DNA of 64,000 nucleotides, from positions 5,642,001-5,706,000 of the forward strand of contig JBHGNT010000004.1 of the NCBI GenBank assembly GCA_043228905.1. Direction: 5' to 3'. This DNA is from Azolla caroliniana (taxonomy: Eukaryota; Plantae; Polypodiophyta). Below the pieces are notes generated by a model. That model was given only the letters and a program-made list of their open reading frames with translations, searched no databases and was not told the origin of the DNA. Positions 27,681 through 37,980 of this stretch are shown here, in pieces. Numbering within the stretch: position 1 is the stretch's first letter; each line of letters begins with the position of its first letter. The position numbers were made by a program, and so were the translations under genes.

Positions 27681-28980
27681 ATTATGTGTTGAGTATATGC
27701 TCTTCAAATTCAGTATGACGGAATACAAATCTGTCTCGACTCCTCTTGACCAGAATGTGAAGCTTCGCCCCGACTCTGGAACGTCATGCGACCCGAAAAG
27801 GTTCCGACAAATAGTCGGAATCCTTATATATCTGACCATCACCCGACCGGACCTTAGCTATCTGGTCGGATTGATCAGTCAATTTATGGAGCATCCGACC
27901 GTGGAGCACCTTCAGTGCGCGCACCGCATCCTAAGATATGATAGCGGCACTAAGGACAGGGGGGTTGCTATATCGGACCGGTGTAGCCAGACAACTTGTC
28001 GGCTACATGGATGCCAATTGGGCCGGAAATGCTAACGACCGTAGGTCTACATTCGGATATGCGTTTTCACTTGGAAGCGCAACGGTCACCTAGAGCATTA
28101 AAAAACAATTGACATTAGCACTATCGAGCACGGAGGCCAAGTACCGAGGAGCAGTTGTTGCGGCATGAAGGATCTGCGGGTGGCGGTGTCTGATCCGACA
28201 ATGATCTATTGCGACAACCTCAACAACATCTAGTTGGCAAAGAACCCCGTCTTTCACGCCCGGACAAAGCACATTGAGGTGCAGTACCATGTTGTCCGAG
28301 AGCCCGTTATCTCCGGTGAAGTGGAATTGTTGCATGTTCCGACAGATCGGCAAGTAGCTGATATCTTCACCAAACCCCTAGACTTAGACAAGTTGCGGAA
28401 ATTTTCCGGTGCATTGGGTGTGCAACACCTCGATATGCCGAACTTGAGGGGGAGGAATGAAAGGAAGAATGAGGAAGATGACCGAAAAGTTGAGTCGAAA
28501 ATCGATTTCGACTTCGGCCTGACTAAAGAAGTCGGAGTGCACAGGACGACTGAAGAAGCTGAGACCAGACGCAAGGGGAGCCACCAGAACAAAGAGCCCA
28601 AGCTGAAGCCAACTGAAAAAGGGGGAGGCAAAGCCAGGAAGACCAAGACATGGACAGGGTCCGATGTCGTGAAGGGTCTGAAGTTTGAGGACGAGTTGGA
28701 GACAGCCAATTCAGACAAGAGCTGGAACGAATCGGAGGCAACCCATTCTGAAAAGGAGTTCGATTTGGAGGAGCCAAATCAACTAAAGGCTAAGCGGACT
28801 AAAAGGCATCCGAAGCCGACACCGAGATAGAGGAGCCAACGGGCACCAACATCGTGACAACAAGGGAGTTGATAAGGGCCGAAGGAGCAGACAAGCCGAT
28901 CGAGAAGGTCGATGACGCGGAACCGGATGGGTCGAGGAAAGCAGGATCGGACTAGACGAGGAGCGCGAGCTAGGTGGGAG

Positions 28981-29404
28981 TGTTGAGCGAACAAGCTCAA
29001 CCAGATCCGTATCGGCTGAACAAGGCAGAGCTGGATCGGAGTCCAGAATGAAGAACCGGTTCGGATGGTATCTAGAACCAAGAGCCGGATAAGATGGTAA
29101 CCAGTAGGCTGTTAGAGGCCTACGAATCTAGCTTAGTACGTAGGTATATTCTTTGGAGTCAGTGTCAGTCACTCGTATGAGCATTGAAGTACTTGTCAAT
29201 ACTTCTGTCAGTCCGTGTAAGGACTTGTATAAAAGTGCTCTCTAAGCACATTCTATGTACATAGTGTTATTATCTTGAATTGAGTTTGTTCTGTTATGAT
29301 CTCTCAGTCTCTTCCATGTACGGTTTCCATTAAACCTCTGCATGTATTCTTTAGTTATCTGGATGAGCTGGTTGTCTTAGCTTCCGCAATCGTATTCTTT
29401 TATA
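28981..29404 (+). repeat. 3' LTR of Copia A
   Basis: Starts TGTTG right after a purine tract and has TATAAAA at ~29228. Ends where Gypsy RT sequence begins (29405). Partner LTR is absent. Confidence 0.65.
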
Positions 29405-31990
29405 GTGCCCTGCCACTACATCCAACACTCCATTCATAACGGTTGTTGCGTTTAGCTTGCGATAGTTGACACAAACCTATATTTGGCCATTTTTCTTCGG
29501 GACGACGACAATAGGGCTTAACCATGTTGCCCTCTTGACTGGCCGAACGAACCCCACTCAGAGAAGTTTGTCGATTTCCTCCTTTACTTGGCATCATAGT
29601 TGGGGTTCATTCTATAGCGGTGTTGCTGTATCGGTCGTGCATCATGCTGAAAATGAATTTGGTGCTGATAGTATTGAGTATCTATCCCCTTCATGTCGAT
29701 GTACGACCAGGCGAACACATCTTGGTATTCCACGAGCCACCCAACTTTAAATGTTGAACGTTCATCGGAAGCCAGTTCCTTTGCAATTTTTAGGGTGCAT
29801 GGGTCGGTGGTGGAGCCGAGATTGATCTCCTCTAGTGTGGACGCCTTCACACATTTAGAAATAGCCGGTTCATGTTCTAACGAATCTCGAGCATGCCATA
29901 ATTCTTCGATGGACTTCGGATCAAGTTTGTGGTGGATATCTTTCTCTTCGTTAGTTGGTTCAGAAACATAAGGTCCGGCCGCCGTGAGGACATCGATTTC
30001 AAACAGGGGGACAATTATCGGGTGTTCCTCCAGGAAGTGGTCAACTTCCTCGTCGGCGAGTCCATCGAGGATGTGGACACCTTCCGCATATAACGGACTG
30101 GTGTCTTGTGGGCTAGAGATCCGTTTCTCCTTGACGACATGAACATTGGTTTTCCCGTGCCGAAACGAGATCATATTCCGCTGCCAATGTTGCTTGATGT
30201 TGGCCATGCGCAACCACGAACGATTGAGTAGCATCGGGTAGGCATCAGGAGCATCAAGGCGTAACACTAGTAACCGCCGAAATTGTGAAGGTGTGGCCCC
30301 CTAGAATAAAGTCGAGGTAACGAATTAAACCCATTGGTCTGACAGAATGGGTATCGGCCGTTGGGAGCCAAAACGGGCATGGATCCCATTGGGTGATACC
30401 GAGGTCATGGCATGTGGCCTTGTTGATGACGTTGACACCTGATCCACTGTCGATAATGCATTCGTGAGCGTTCCGTCCGTTGATTATGAGTTTAACCACG
30501 GGGTTTTGGGAATCCATTAATGGTGGGCTGGCCCCCATCTCGGCAAGGTGAACGGGCAGAATTGTCGGCTCTTTGCCAGAAGTTAGGGATGCCACCGTAT
30601 CCTTGAATTGTGGGAGTAATTGGAGAAGCTTATGGAAGGGCATGGATATCTAGTAGCTCGTGAGTGCATGCCAAACAGGGTCATCGTCCAACGACCCGAT
30701 GGGTTGTGAGGAGGCCGAGGTACCGATAGTGATAACCTTCATTTCGGTATGCATTCGATCGATGTTGGCGTTATTTGCTTGCTCGATCCACTCCTTTGCA
30801 GTTTGCCAGACGTCATCCTGGATTTCCCATTGCGTGTGTTGGGCCTTACTTCATGTGGTGACCTGCTGGACTTCAGCTGTAATTATATTCATTGCATGTG
30901 CTTTTCCGCGATCATTTGTCGGGCATTGTGTGGCATAATGTCCTGGTTGGTTACAATTAAAACACGTCATTGGCACTGGGTTGCTCGGTTCCCCTTGCTC
31001 GAATTGAGATGTTTGATACGGCTGGGAATTCTCCTCTCTGGCCGGAGAGGCGTATCGTTGCATTCGGTGGGGGTCTTCTCGAGGCTCGGTGTGAGGAGGT
31101 GTTCGGCGATGGTTTGGACACGGGGGATCCCAATGTCGGTTATCTAGATTTCGTCGATTATTGCCCGGTGGCCGAGGACCCCGATTATTATGGGAAGGCC
31201 GTCGATCATGCCGTTGATACCTTGGTTCATAATAGTCGTCCCGATTGTACTCATATTGGTAGTAGTCATCGGCGGGGTGATAGCGGTCTTCTCTGTATCA
31301 GTATCGGTTGCCCTCAGGTTGAGGCCTATTGTCCGGCCGGTAACGTTCTTCCTCGAGTCGGTACCTATTATCCCGACGATAGCGATCGTCCTCAAGCCGA
31401 TAACTTTTGTCACAGCCATTTCGGTCTGCATTCCAGGGCCGCTCGGAATCACGATTTCGGGGAGGTGGACGATCATCCTTTCGAGGGCGATTGTTGTGGG
31501 GCTCGATTTGATGGGCGGGAGCAATAGCGGTGTGGTTAAGCATATTGTATTAACATTGCTCTACCATATGTAGCCGGGAATGGCAAATCGGATAGTGTGG
31601 TCGATGAGGGCAATCCACAGCCGAGTGGCCGAAATTGGAGCATGCCATACACTGGAGAGCCTGCCAGAATTGGGTTTCTTCTGTTAGGAAACCGGATGTG
31701 GAGTACCCGGCTACGGAAGACCCGGTGAGAACCGGATGACGAGTACCCGGCTACGGAAGACCCAGTGAGAACCAGATGACGAGTACCCGGCAAGAGCTGG
31801 ATGGTGAAGGCGCGGTGAGAAGTGCTCACCAGATGAAGGGACATATTCGTAAATATGTTTTCTGAGAGTCCATCGGGGCTACATTTGTAAATAGCCGAAA
31901 AGTCATATTAGTATAAATATGACTTAGGGTAAACTTAGAGTAAGTTGTTGTTGTCATTCTTGTTGGCGCAAGATTAGAGCGCAACAGTGT

Positions 31991-32031
<41 letters not shown>

Positions 32032-32231
32032 AAGAAAGAAAGAAAGATGTATTAACGTCTTCTAAGGCCAAATTTGGCCCATGAGACAATTGGTTTACAA
32101 CAATAGAGTATTTATCCAGTCATCATAACTAAAATAAAATTAAGTAAAAAAAAATAGAACTTAAACTAAAAGAGTTCTAGTAGTGTACAATATGTAGTAT
32201 ACTCGAAAGTGACTATACACTAAGCCTAATT

Positions 32232-35200
32232 TTATTTCCACCCAAGCCTCTCGAAAAGAAGTGGGGGGTCAAAGGGTCTTGATGTGGGTTCCAATGTAGA
32301 GAGTGCCCTAGCCATGGCTTCTAGGCGGTGTAGCTCACGTTCCCTTATTTTCAATATTGCTTCCACCTCACGTTGAGTTGCTTTGAAACCCGACACCCGA
32401 GGACGTCTGGTTCTTCTCTGGTTTTCTGCCTCATCAATGGAAAGGCCGAGTGGTGCAAGTGTGTCGGCATTCGTTGTCTCCTCAGGTTCCTGAAAAACTG
32501 CATTTGTTACATGTTCGTGATCATTAGCAACATTATTGTCAACATTTTGTAATTTATTCTCTCTGTGTTGTTTTAGCTCTAGAATGTATTTGCCTAATTT
32601 CTTTATATCTAGCGTATCTAATAGTTTGGGGAGGGTGGGAGACGGACCAAGTATGTCTTGGTATTTTGCCCTTATCTCGGCATAGGTTGGACACTTGCAT
32701 GTAAAGTGGTACTCATCCTCTATCTCTATGTGACATAACCTACATATCCTTTCCTCCCTAGGGACTCCACTAGTACGGCCATTTTCAATCTCAAGTTGGT
32801 GAGATGATATTCTAAGTTGTCCAATGGCACCCCTTAGTGCATGTGGTAAGAATACATCTAGATATTTTGGCCGCGTGATAAAACCTAACTCAGAGAAGTG
32901 CATGAAGTGTTTCTTATAGTACGACATTTTAGATGGGAGTGGCTCTAGTGGGGTGATCCATTTACACCGAGTGTAAATTTGCCATATTTCTTGGCGTATT
33001 ACTTTATTGCGGTTCTCATGAGAGATTAAGGTGTTATCACTCGTGTGGTTGTACCTAAGGGGAGGTAGGTTATTAATGTCTAGACCATTCGCGAGAAGCC
33101 AAGTCATCATCATGCCATACCATGAGCTAGTATAGCCGTACTCATACAATGATCGAGAGGCCTTAAAGGCTTGATGAGATATTCTATCATGTGGTTGGCT
33201 ATGTATCCTATCAATAAAGACTACAAGTTGAAAAAGTGCCTCTACTAGCATTGGGGGTAACGTGAACTCGGCCCTAATAATGTCATGTGGTACAATCGAT
33301 TTGCTTCGGAGTTGGCGTGATAGCATCATCACCAATGGTCTCTCTAATTGCGTCCACATGAAGGATGGTAATCCTGGAGCCCAAACCGCTGATGCATACA
33401 TGAGGGAGGGGGTCACTAATGAGTCAAAGAGCCACCCTTTAGTCCGTGGCTCTTGAAAGTGTGCTTGGTGGCATTGTCTCTCTAGGAGCAAGAGGGATGC
33501 ATGTCCTCTCGTGAGTCTATCCTTCGCTGCCTGTGTCATCGAAAATTTACCTGAGCGGGCACTAAAAGTGACTCCGAGATAGACGTACGATCCAACCACC
33601 TCGACTGGGCTATGGGAGATAGTTAGGTGACACTTAGCTCTAACTTGGGCCGATGTGTGGAAGATAAGGACTTTCGTTTTCCCTAGATTCACTACCAATC
33701 CTCGTTGTACACAAAAGTCATCTAAGGCATTAAGGTGCCTCTGTAGGTCGTGTTCGGATTCAGAGAGCAAAACTATGTCATCCGCATAGAGCAAGATACG
33801 AACCTGCGTATCCCCAAGGACCACTCCGGTGCCTCCCTCACGAGCAATAAAATCTGTGATCTCATCAATGTAGATCCCAAAAAGCGTTGGTGATAGGGGG
33901 CAACCTTGTTTTACACCAATAGTGCTAGTGAAACGATTGGATAGGCCACCTGGGCATCGGACACACCCGGACACTTGTTCATATAATGCGTAGATGGCCC
34001 ATACCATATCATCTGGTATCCTCAAGCTTTTAAGTCTATCAAACAACCGATCTCTAGGGACTGTGTCAAAGGCTTTGCGGAAGTCCACAAAACAACAATA
34101 TAATCTCTTCTTGCGAGCCTTAGTTTGGTCAATTAGGCATCTAAGTGTGAAGATGTGATCAATAGTGGAGAAGGCTCGTCTAAAGCCAGCTTGTTCAGGT
34201 GCACGAAGGTTTAGGGTCTCCATGTAGTCGCTAAGCTCTGCTTCCATTACTGCACCATATAACTTAGCAAGGGTATGGCCTATCATAATGGTCCTATATA
34301 TATTTGGGCCCATGGGGTCCCCCCCTTTATGTATGGGGGCCACTGTATTCATAGTCCACTGTGGTGGAAAACCCTCCGCAAGGGCACAATTGAAGATTAG
34401 AGTTAGCAAGGGAGCTAGGCACTCTCTCGCATATATAATGTGTTCTGCTCGCAATCCTGTGTGGTCCATGGACTTCCTATGTTGTAATTTCTTTATGACC
34501 TTCATGACCCTAGAGGTCGTGAAAAGTGTCCCCGTGGTAGGCCGGGGTGTGGAAGGCATTGGAAAAGGTGGTTGGTTTGGGATTTGGTAAAGTCTCTTTG
34601 TATATGTCTGCCAAGTTTCGGGATCTTCGATGGGTGTTTGTGGTCTTGGCTCTCGTAGTCTCTTCCATGCCGTGGCGCAATCGCTACTCATGAGCATATG
34701 GTAGAGTTCCCAGTATTGGGATGCCTCCCACGCTCGTCTCTTACGACGTGTCATCTTACGCATTTCTTTGCGAGCTTGTATGGAGGTAATACTACCATTG
34801 AGTTGCGATACTGTAAGTTGTCTATGTAGGTCCCTACAATCCTCGTCATACCATTTATTTTGTGGCATTGATCCTGATCTACCTTGATTTGAGTGTTTTG
34901 TATATGGGAAACTCCTAGCTGCTGCGGAGTGAAGGATGTGTGTGAGTTTTGTACTAAGGCTTTCTAATGGTAGGGAGGGATCAATGGAGGGGAGATGGGC
35001 CTGAACATGTTGAGAGTATATGTCAGAGAGCTCATGTGTGAAATGTATTGTGGTGTGATGGCATGGTTGACTAGACTTGGTGACCTTAGAGATATCACAT
35101 TTTAGCTCGAAGTATAAGAAACTATGGTTTGCGCCAATAGGGCATGGGGCCACTCGGAAGGAGTTAATCATGTGGGTAGCTTCCGGGCGCCCTATTAGAT

Positions 35201-35963
35201 AGTCAATTGTGCTTTCCCCTCCTCCATGTGGGAAACATGTGAGCTCTTCTGAGCCCGGCCACTTAGCTAAACCATTATATATGACCATCTGGTGCCGACT
35301 GCCAAGTTCGAGCAGATGATGGCCAAAGCTCGTGGCGTCCGCACCTTGATCCTTTGATCTACGTGTGGTGCCTATGTCTAAAGGATCAACATTTACCATT
35401 TCTAGGTTTCTATTCATCTGAAATACTGTGCATTGTCGGGATTGGGTTCTCGCATTGAAGTCTCCTACAAGAAATACTTCTCCTTGGGAAGAATATCGGA
35501 TTATGTCATCCGATAGGGGTTCGTATGGAGAAGGCCCATGTGGCATTCCTTCATCGACTAATCTCGTCACGCCACTAATATTATAACGGGATCCTTTTGG
35601 GGGAAAGTAACAAATGGCGAAAAATACTGCATGGTCTTTGCTTGTGGAGACTTTCACCCACATAAAATGAGCTTCTGGGTCTATCTTCATTATTTCTATC
35701 CTATTATGTAGCTCTTTACGAAATAGTATCACGACACCTCCAGATCCCCTAGTAGTGTGTCGACGTGAGGTTTGTCTAAAAGCGGACTCCCAACGGAATC
35801 CTTCGACCCGTGGGAGTCCTCTATTTGGGCTCTGATGTGTTTCTACCAAGAAAAGTATATCAGATACCTTTAGTATCTCCTCTAGGCGGCCGGGGTGTGC
35901 CCAGAGTGCGCCATTATAATTCCATAGGGTCATCCTAAGTGCATTTTCTGTCACATGGGCCAC
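32232..35963 (-). CDS. LINE ORF2: APE endonuclease, reverse transcriptase and C-terminal Cys/His domain
   Basis: 1243-codon ORF. EN motifs ILFLVETH, GDFNART, STIDY. RT motifs QAGFR, FVDFRKAFDTV, GVKQGCPLSPTLF, LLYADDIVL. C-terminal CRLC..EDEYHF.CKCPTY. First ATG at 35933. Confidence 0.93.
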   Translation of the reverse strand: MAHVTENALRMTLWNYNGALWAHPGRLEEILKVSDILFLVETHQSPNRGLPRVEGFRWESAFRQTSRRHTTRGSGGVVILFRKELHNRIEIMKIDPEAHFMWVKVSTSKDHAVFFAICYFPPKGSRYNISGVTRLVDEGMPHGPSPYEPLSDDIIRYSSQGEVFLVGDFNARTQSRQCTVFQMNRNLEMVNVDPLDIGTTRRSKDQGADATSFGHHLLELGSRHQMVIYNGLAKWPGSEELTCFPHGGGESTIDYLIGRPEATHMINSFRVAPCPIGANHSFLYFELKCDISKVTKSSQPCHHTTIHFTHELSDIYSQHVQAHLPSIDPSLPLESLSTKLTHILHSAAARSFPYTKHSNQGRSGSMPQNKWYDEDCRDLHRQLTVSQLNGSITSIQARKEMRKMTRRKRRAWEASQYWELYHMLMSSDCATAWKRLREPRPQTPIEDPETWQTYTKRLYQIPNQPPFPMPSTPRPTTGTLFTTSRVMKVIKKLQHRKSMDHTGLRAEHIIYARECLAPLLTLIFNCALAEGFPPQWTMNTVAPIHKGGDPMGPNIYRTIMIGHTLAKLYGAVMEAELSDYMETLNLRAPEQAGFRRAFSTIDHIFTLRCLIDQTKARKKRLYCCFVDFRKAFDTVPRDRLFDRLKSLRIPDDMVWAIYALYEQVSGCVRCPGGLSNRFTSTIGVKQGCPLSPTLFGIYIDEITDFIAREGGTGVVLGDTQVRILLYADDIVLLSESEHDLQRHLNALDDFCVQRGLVVNLGKTKVLIFHTSAQVRAKCHLTISHSPVEVVGSYVYLGVTFSARSGKFSMTQAAKDRLTRGHASLLLLERQCHQAHFQEPRTKGWLFDSLVTPSLMYASAVWAPGLPSFMWTQLERPLVMMLSRQLRSKSIVPHDIIRAEFTLPPMLVEALFQLVVFIDRIHSQPHDRISHQAFKASRSLYEYGYTSSWYGMMMTWLLANGLDINNLPPLRYNHTSDNTLISHENRNKVIRQEIWQIYTRCKWITPLEPLPSKMSYYKKHFMHFSELGFITRPKYLDVFLPHALRGAIGQLRISSHQLEIENGRTSGVPREERICRLCHIEIEDEYHFTCKCPTYAEIRAKYQDILGPSPTLPKLLDTLDIKKLGKYILELKQHRENKLQNVDNNVANDHEHVTNAVFQEPEETTNADTLAPLGLSIDEAENQRRTRRPRVSGFKATQREVEAILKIRERELHRLEAMARALSTLEPTSRPFDPPLLFERLGWK

Positions 35964-35969
35964 ACGCCG

Positions 35970-36782
35970 TCAGTTAGTAGTGCGATCATTTATGATCACT
36001 CGCCCATCTCGGTAAAAGGCGCGATGGCCTTCTTTACGAGCTTGCATAACTCGTGGCATACAACTCTTGCGATGCTCAATTTGCATCTTAGTGAGGTCTT
36101 CATCGAGATAGATGGGGTCCCCATCCATTCCTCGAAGGATTGGTCTCTTCTTAAAGAAAGTGATTCTAGAGTCTAAGTCTTTAAATTGAAGGACTAAGGC
36201 TCTCTTCCTAGTTGTGTCACGCCCGGCCCTCCATGCTTTGGTGATAGGTAGGGCCTCTGTGTACCCTAACATTTTCCCAAGTGTTTGTGCGTCCTCATTT
36301 GGGGATGCACCTTCCTTGAGCCCAGTGACACGTACATTTAAGCGTCGGGCCTGACGCATTTTCTCTTCTTCAAGGGTGGTATTAACAATATTTTCATCTT
36401 TTATTTCTTTTTTAATGTTTCTTTTAACCACATCTACCCAACCCGTTTTAGCTAACTCTATGTTATTATTAACTTCCTCTTTAACTTTTTTAATTTCGTC
36501 CTTTATATCCTCTATAGAGGATATTTCACCGTCTTCTCGAGATACCTCGATGTCCTTAAGTTGTTTTTTAAGGTCGATGTTTTCTACTTTAAGTTGTTCT
36601 ATTTCGGCCTTGAGGGCGTCTTTTTCCTCTCTATCTTTTTTCTTGTGGGTTTCGGTGTCTTTCACCCATTTTTTCATATCCATCTCTATTTTTGTTAAAC
36701 GATTAAACATATCTAAAAAGTCCTCCTTACTTATAGCCTCGTCTTGTATATCCTTAAGTTCCTTAGTCCGTCTAGACGTCAT
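35970..36782 (-). CDS. LINE ORF1: coiled coil plus RRM/CTD-like nucleic-acid chaperone
   Basis: 270 aa from MTSRRTKEL. Coiled coil followed by RRLNVRVTGLKE ... IYLDEDLT, typical of L1/CR1/L2-type ORF1. Confidence 0.85.
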   Translation of the reverse strand: MTSRRTKELKDIQDEAISKEDFLDMFNRLTKIEMDMKKWVKDTETHKKKDREEKDALKAEIEQLKVENIDLKKQLKDIEVSREDGEISSIEDIKDEIKKVKEEVNNNIELAKTGWVDVVKRNIKKEIKDENIVNTTLEEEKMRQARRLNVRVTGLKEGASPNEDAQTLGKMLGYTEALPITKAWRAGRDTTRKRALVLQFKDLDSRITFFKKRPILRGMDGDPIYLDEDLTKMQIEHRKSCMPRVMQARKEGHRAFYRDGRVIINDRTTN

Positions 36783-37337
36783 TGTGGTGTCAATAAGAAA
36801 AAAAAAGGTAAAATAAATGGGTTCGAGACTTAGCCGAGTTTGTGTGTGTGTCGCAATCACATCGGCATTTTGTAGCACGCGACAAGCACACCAAAAGAAC
36901 CCACCCACGAACTCGTCAAGAAAAAGGCACTTCACCACATCAAGAGAAGACGGAGAAGAAAACACCCCGTGACGGCGACGGTGACGGTGGTAGTCGTCAA
37001 ACGACGGCAGCAGACGGCAGACGGCGACAACAGACGGCAGACGGCGGCAACAGACGGAGAGAATGAGATGAAGAGTTCATATCTCTGTTGTAACCGCCGT
37101 GGACTGCCGTGGTTTTTCCCGTGTTTGGGTTTTCCACGTAAACATTATGTGTACTCTTCTCTCCATTGTGTCGTGCATTCATTCCCGTTTTCTGTGTTTG
37201 ATTCTAAGCTTGGTTGTGGCCGAGCGTTGTTCATCGGGAGCGTGTAGTTCCTGACATCTTCGTGGGTTGGCAAGGTGTTCTTGAGTGATCCCATTGAAAA
37301 CGAGGTATTATGCTCAATTCTGTCGACATCAAGGATG

Positions 37338-37662
37338 TGTTAAGAATACCTGTTTACACCACAAATGATAAAACATGAGTTATGAGGATAAAGACAAAAT
37401 ATGAGTTACAAAACACAATAAGAAAAAGACAAAACAACAGTTACAAAGAAGTAACGGCTAGTTGTTACTTCTTTGTATATATATATATGTATGAAGTATT
37501 GTTTAGAAATGAGTGTGATACTACATGTACAGTTTTCTATAGGTTCTTACATTGTAATACACCTATCTTAATATAATATCTTACCTTGTTCTACATTCTT
37601 TGAAAACTCTCTCTCGTTCTCTGTTGTCAATCCAACCCATTATGTTCTGAACTTTTCTTACA
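37338..37662 (+). repeat. 5' LTR of Copia D
   Basis: Direct repeat of 42828-43124, with ~26 extra bp. Confidence 0.93.
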
Positions 37663-37980
37663 TGGTATCAGAGCTTAGTTCTACATTGTTCTACATTTTT
37701 CGAAAACTCTCTCTTGTTCTCTGTTGTCAATCCAACCCATTATGTTCTGAACTTTTCTTACATGGTATCAGAGCTTAGTTCTACATTGTTCTACATTCTT
37801 CGAAAACTCTCTCTCATTCTCTGTTGTCAATCCAGCCCATTATGCTCTGAACTTTTCTTACATGGTATCAGAGCTTAGTTCTACATTGTTCTACATTCTT
37901 CGAAAACTCTCTCTCATTCTCTGTTGTCAATCCAACCCATTATGTTCTGAACTTTTCTTACATGGTATCAGAGCTTAGTT
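37581..37980 (+). repeat. 4 x 100-bp tandem array of LTR-U5 end plus PBS
   Basis: CTTTTCTTACA-TGGTATCAGAGC recurs with PBS starts at 37663, 37763, 37863 and 37963. Confidence 0.95.

Larger units (their letters stand above)
18200..29404 (+). mobile_element. Ty1/Copia LTR retrotransposon A, 5'-truncated and degenerate, split by Copia B
   Basis: RT fragments WQKAIEEEM..ENETWDLV, LHQMDVKNAFLQGDL and LYVDDL at 18469-19287. Continues at 27686 (YLTITRPDLSY; RNase H AKNPVFHARTKHIEVQYH, QVADIFTKPL). PPT GGTGGGAG then a 3' LTR TGTTGAG from 28981 to ~29404. Left boundary approximate. Confidence 0.85.
31997..36942 (-). mobile_element. Full-length LINE (APE-type non-LTR retrotransposon, RTEX/L2/CR1-like), both ORFs intact
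   Basis: ORF1 and ORF2 uninterrupted, 3' UTR hairpin GGCCAAATTTGGCC, (TTTC)n(TC)n tail at ~31997-32046. 5' end approximate. Confidence 0.9.
31682..37083 (+). mobile_element. Probable solo LTR (F) inserted in Gypsy E gag and split by the LINE
   Basis: Non-gag segments 31682-31996 (starts TGTTAG, 40-bp tandem repeats, TATAAATA at ~31912) and ~36943-37083 (GACGGCA repeats). Joining the outer flanks restores gag GYNRETQFWQALQC. TSD imperfect. Confidence 0.5.

Noticed and set aside
37581-37980. Regularly spaced repeats resembling a CRISPR array
   Set aside because: Whole 100-bp units repeat with no unique spacers, the unit is LTR U5 plus PBS, and the context is eukaryotic with no cas genes.
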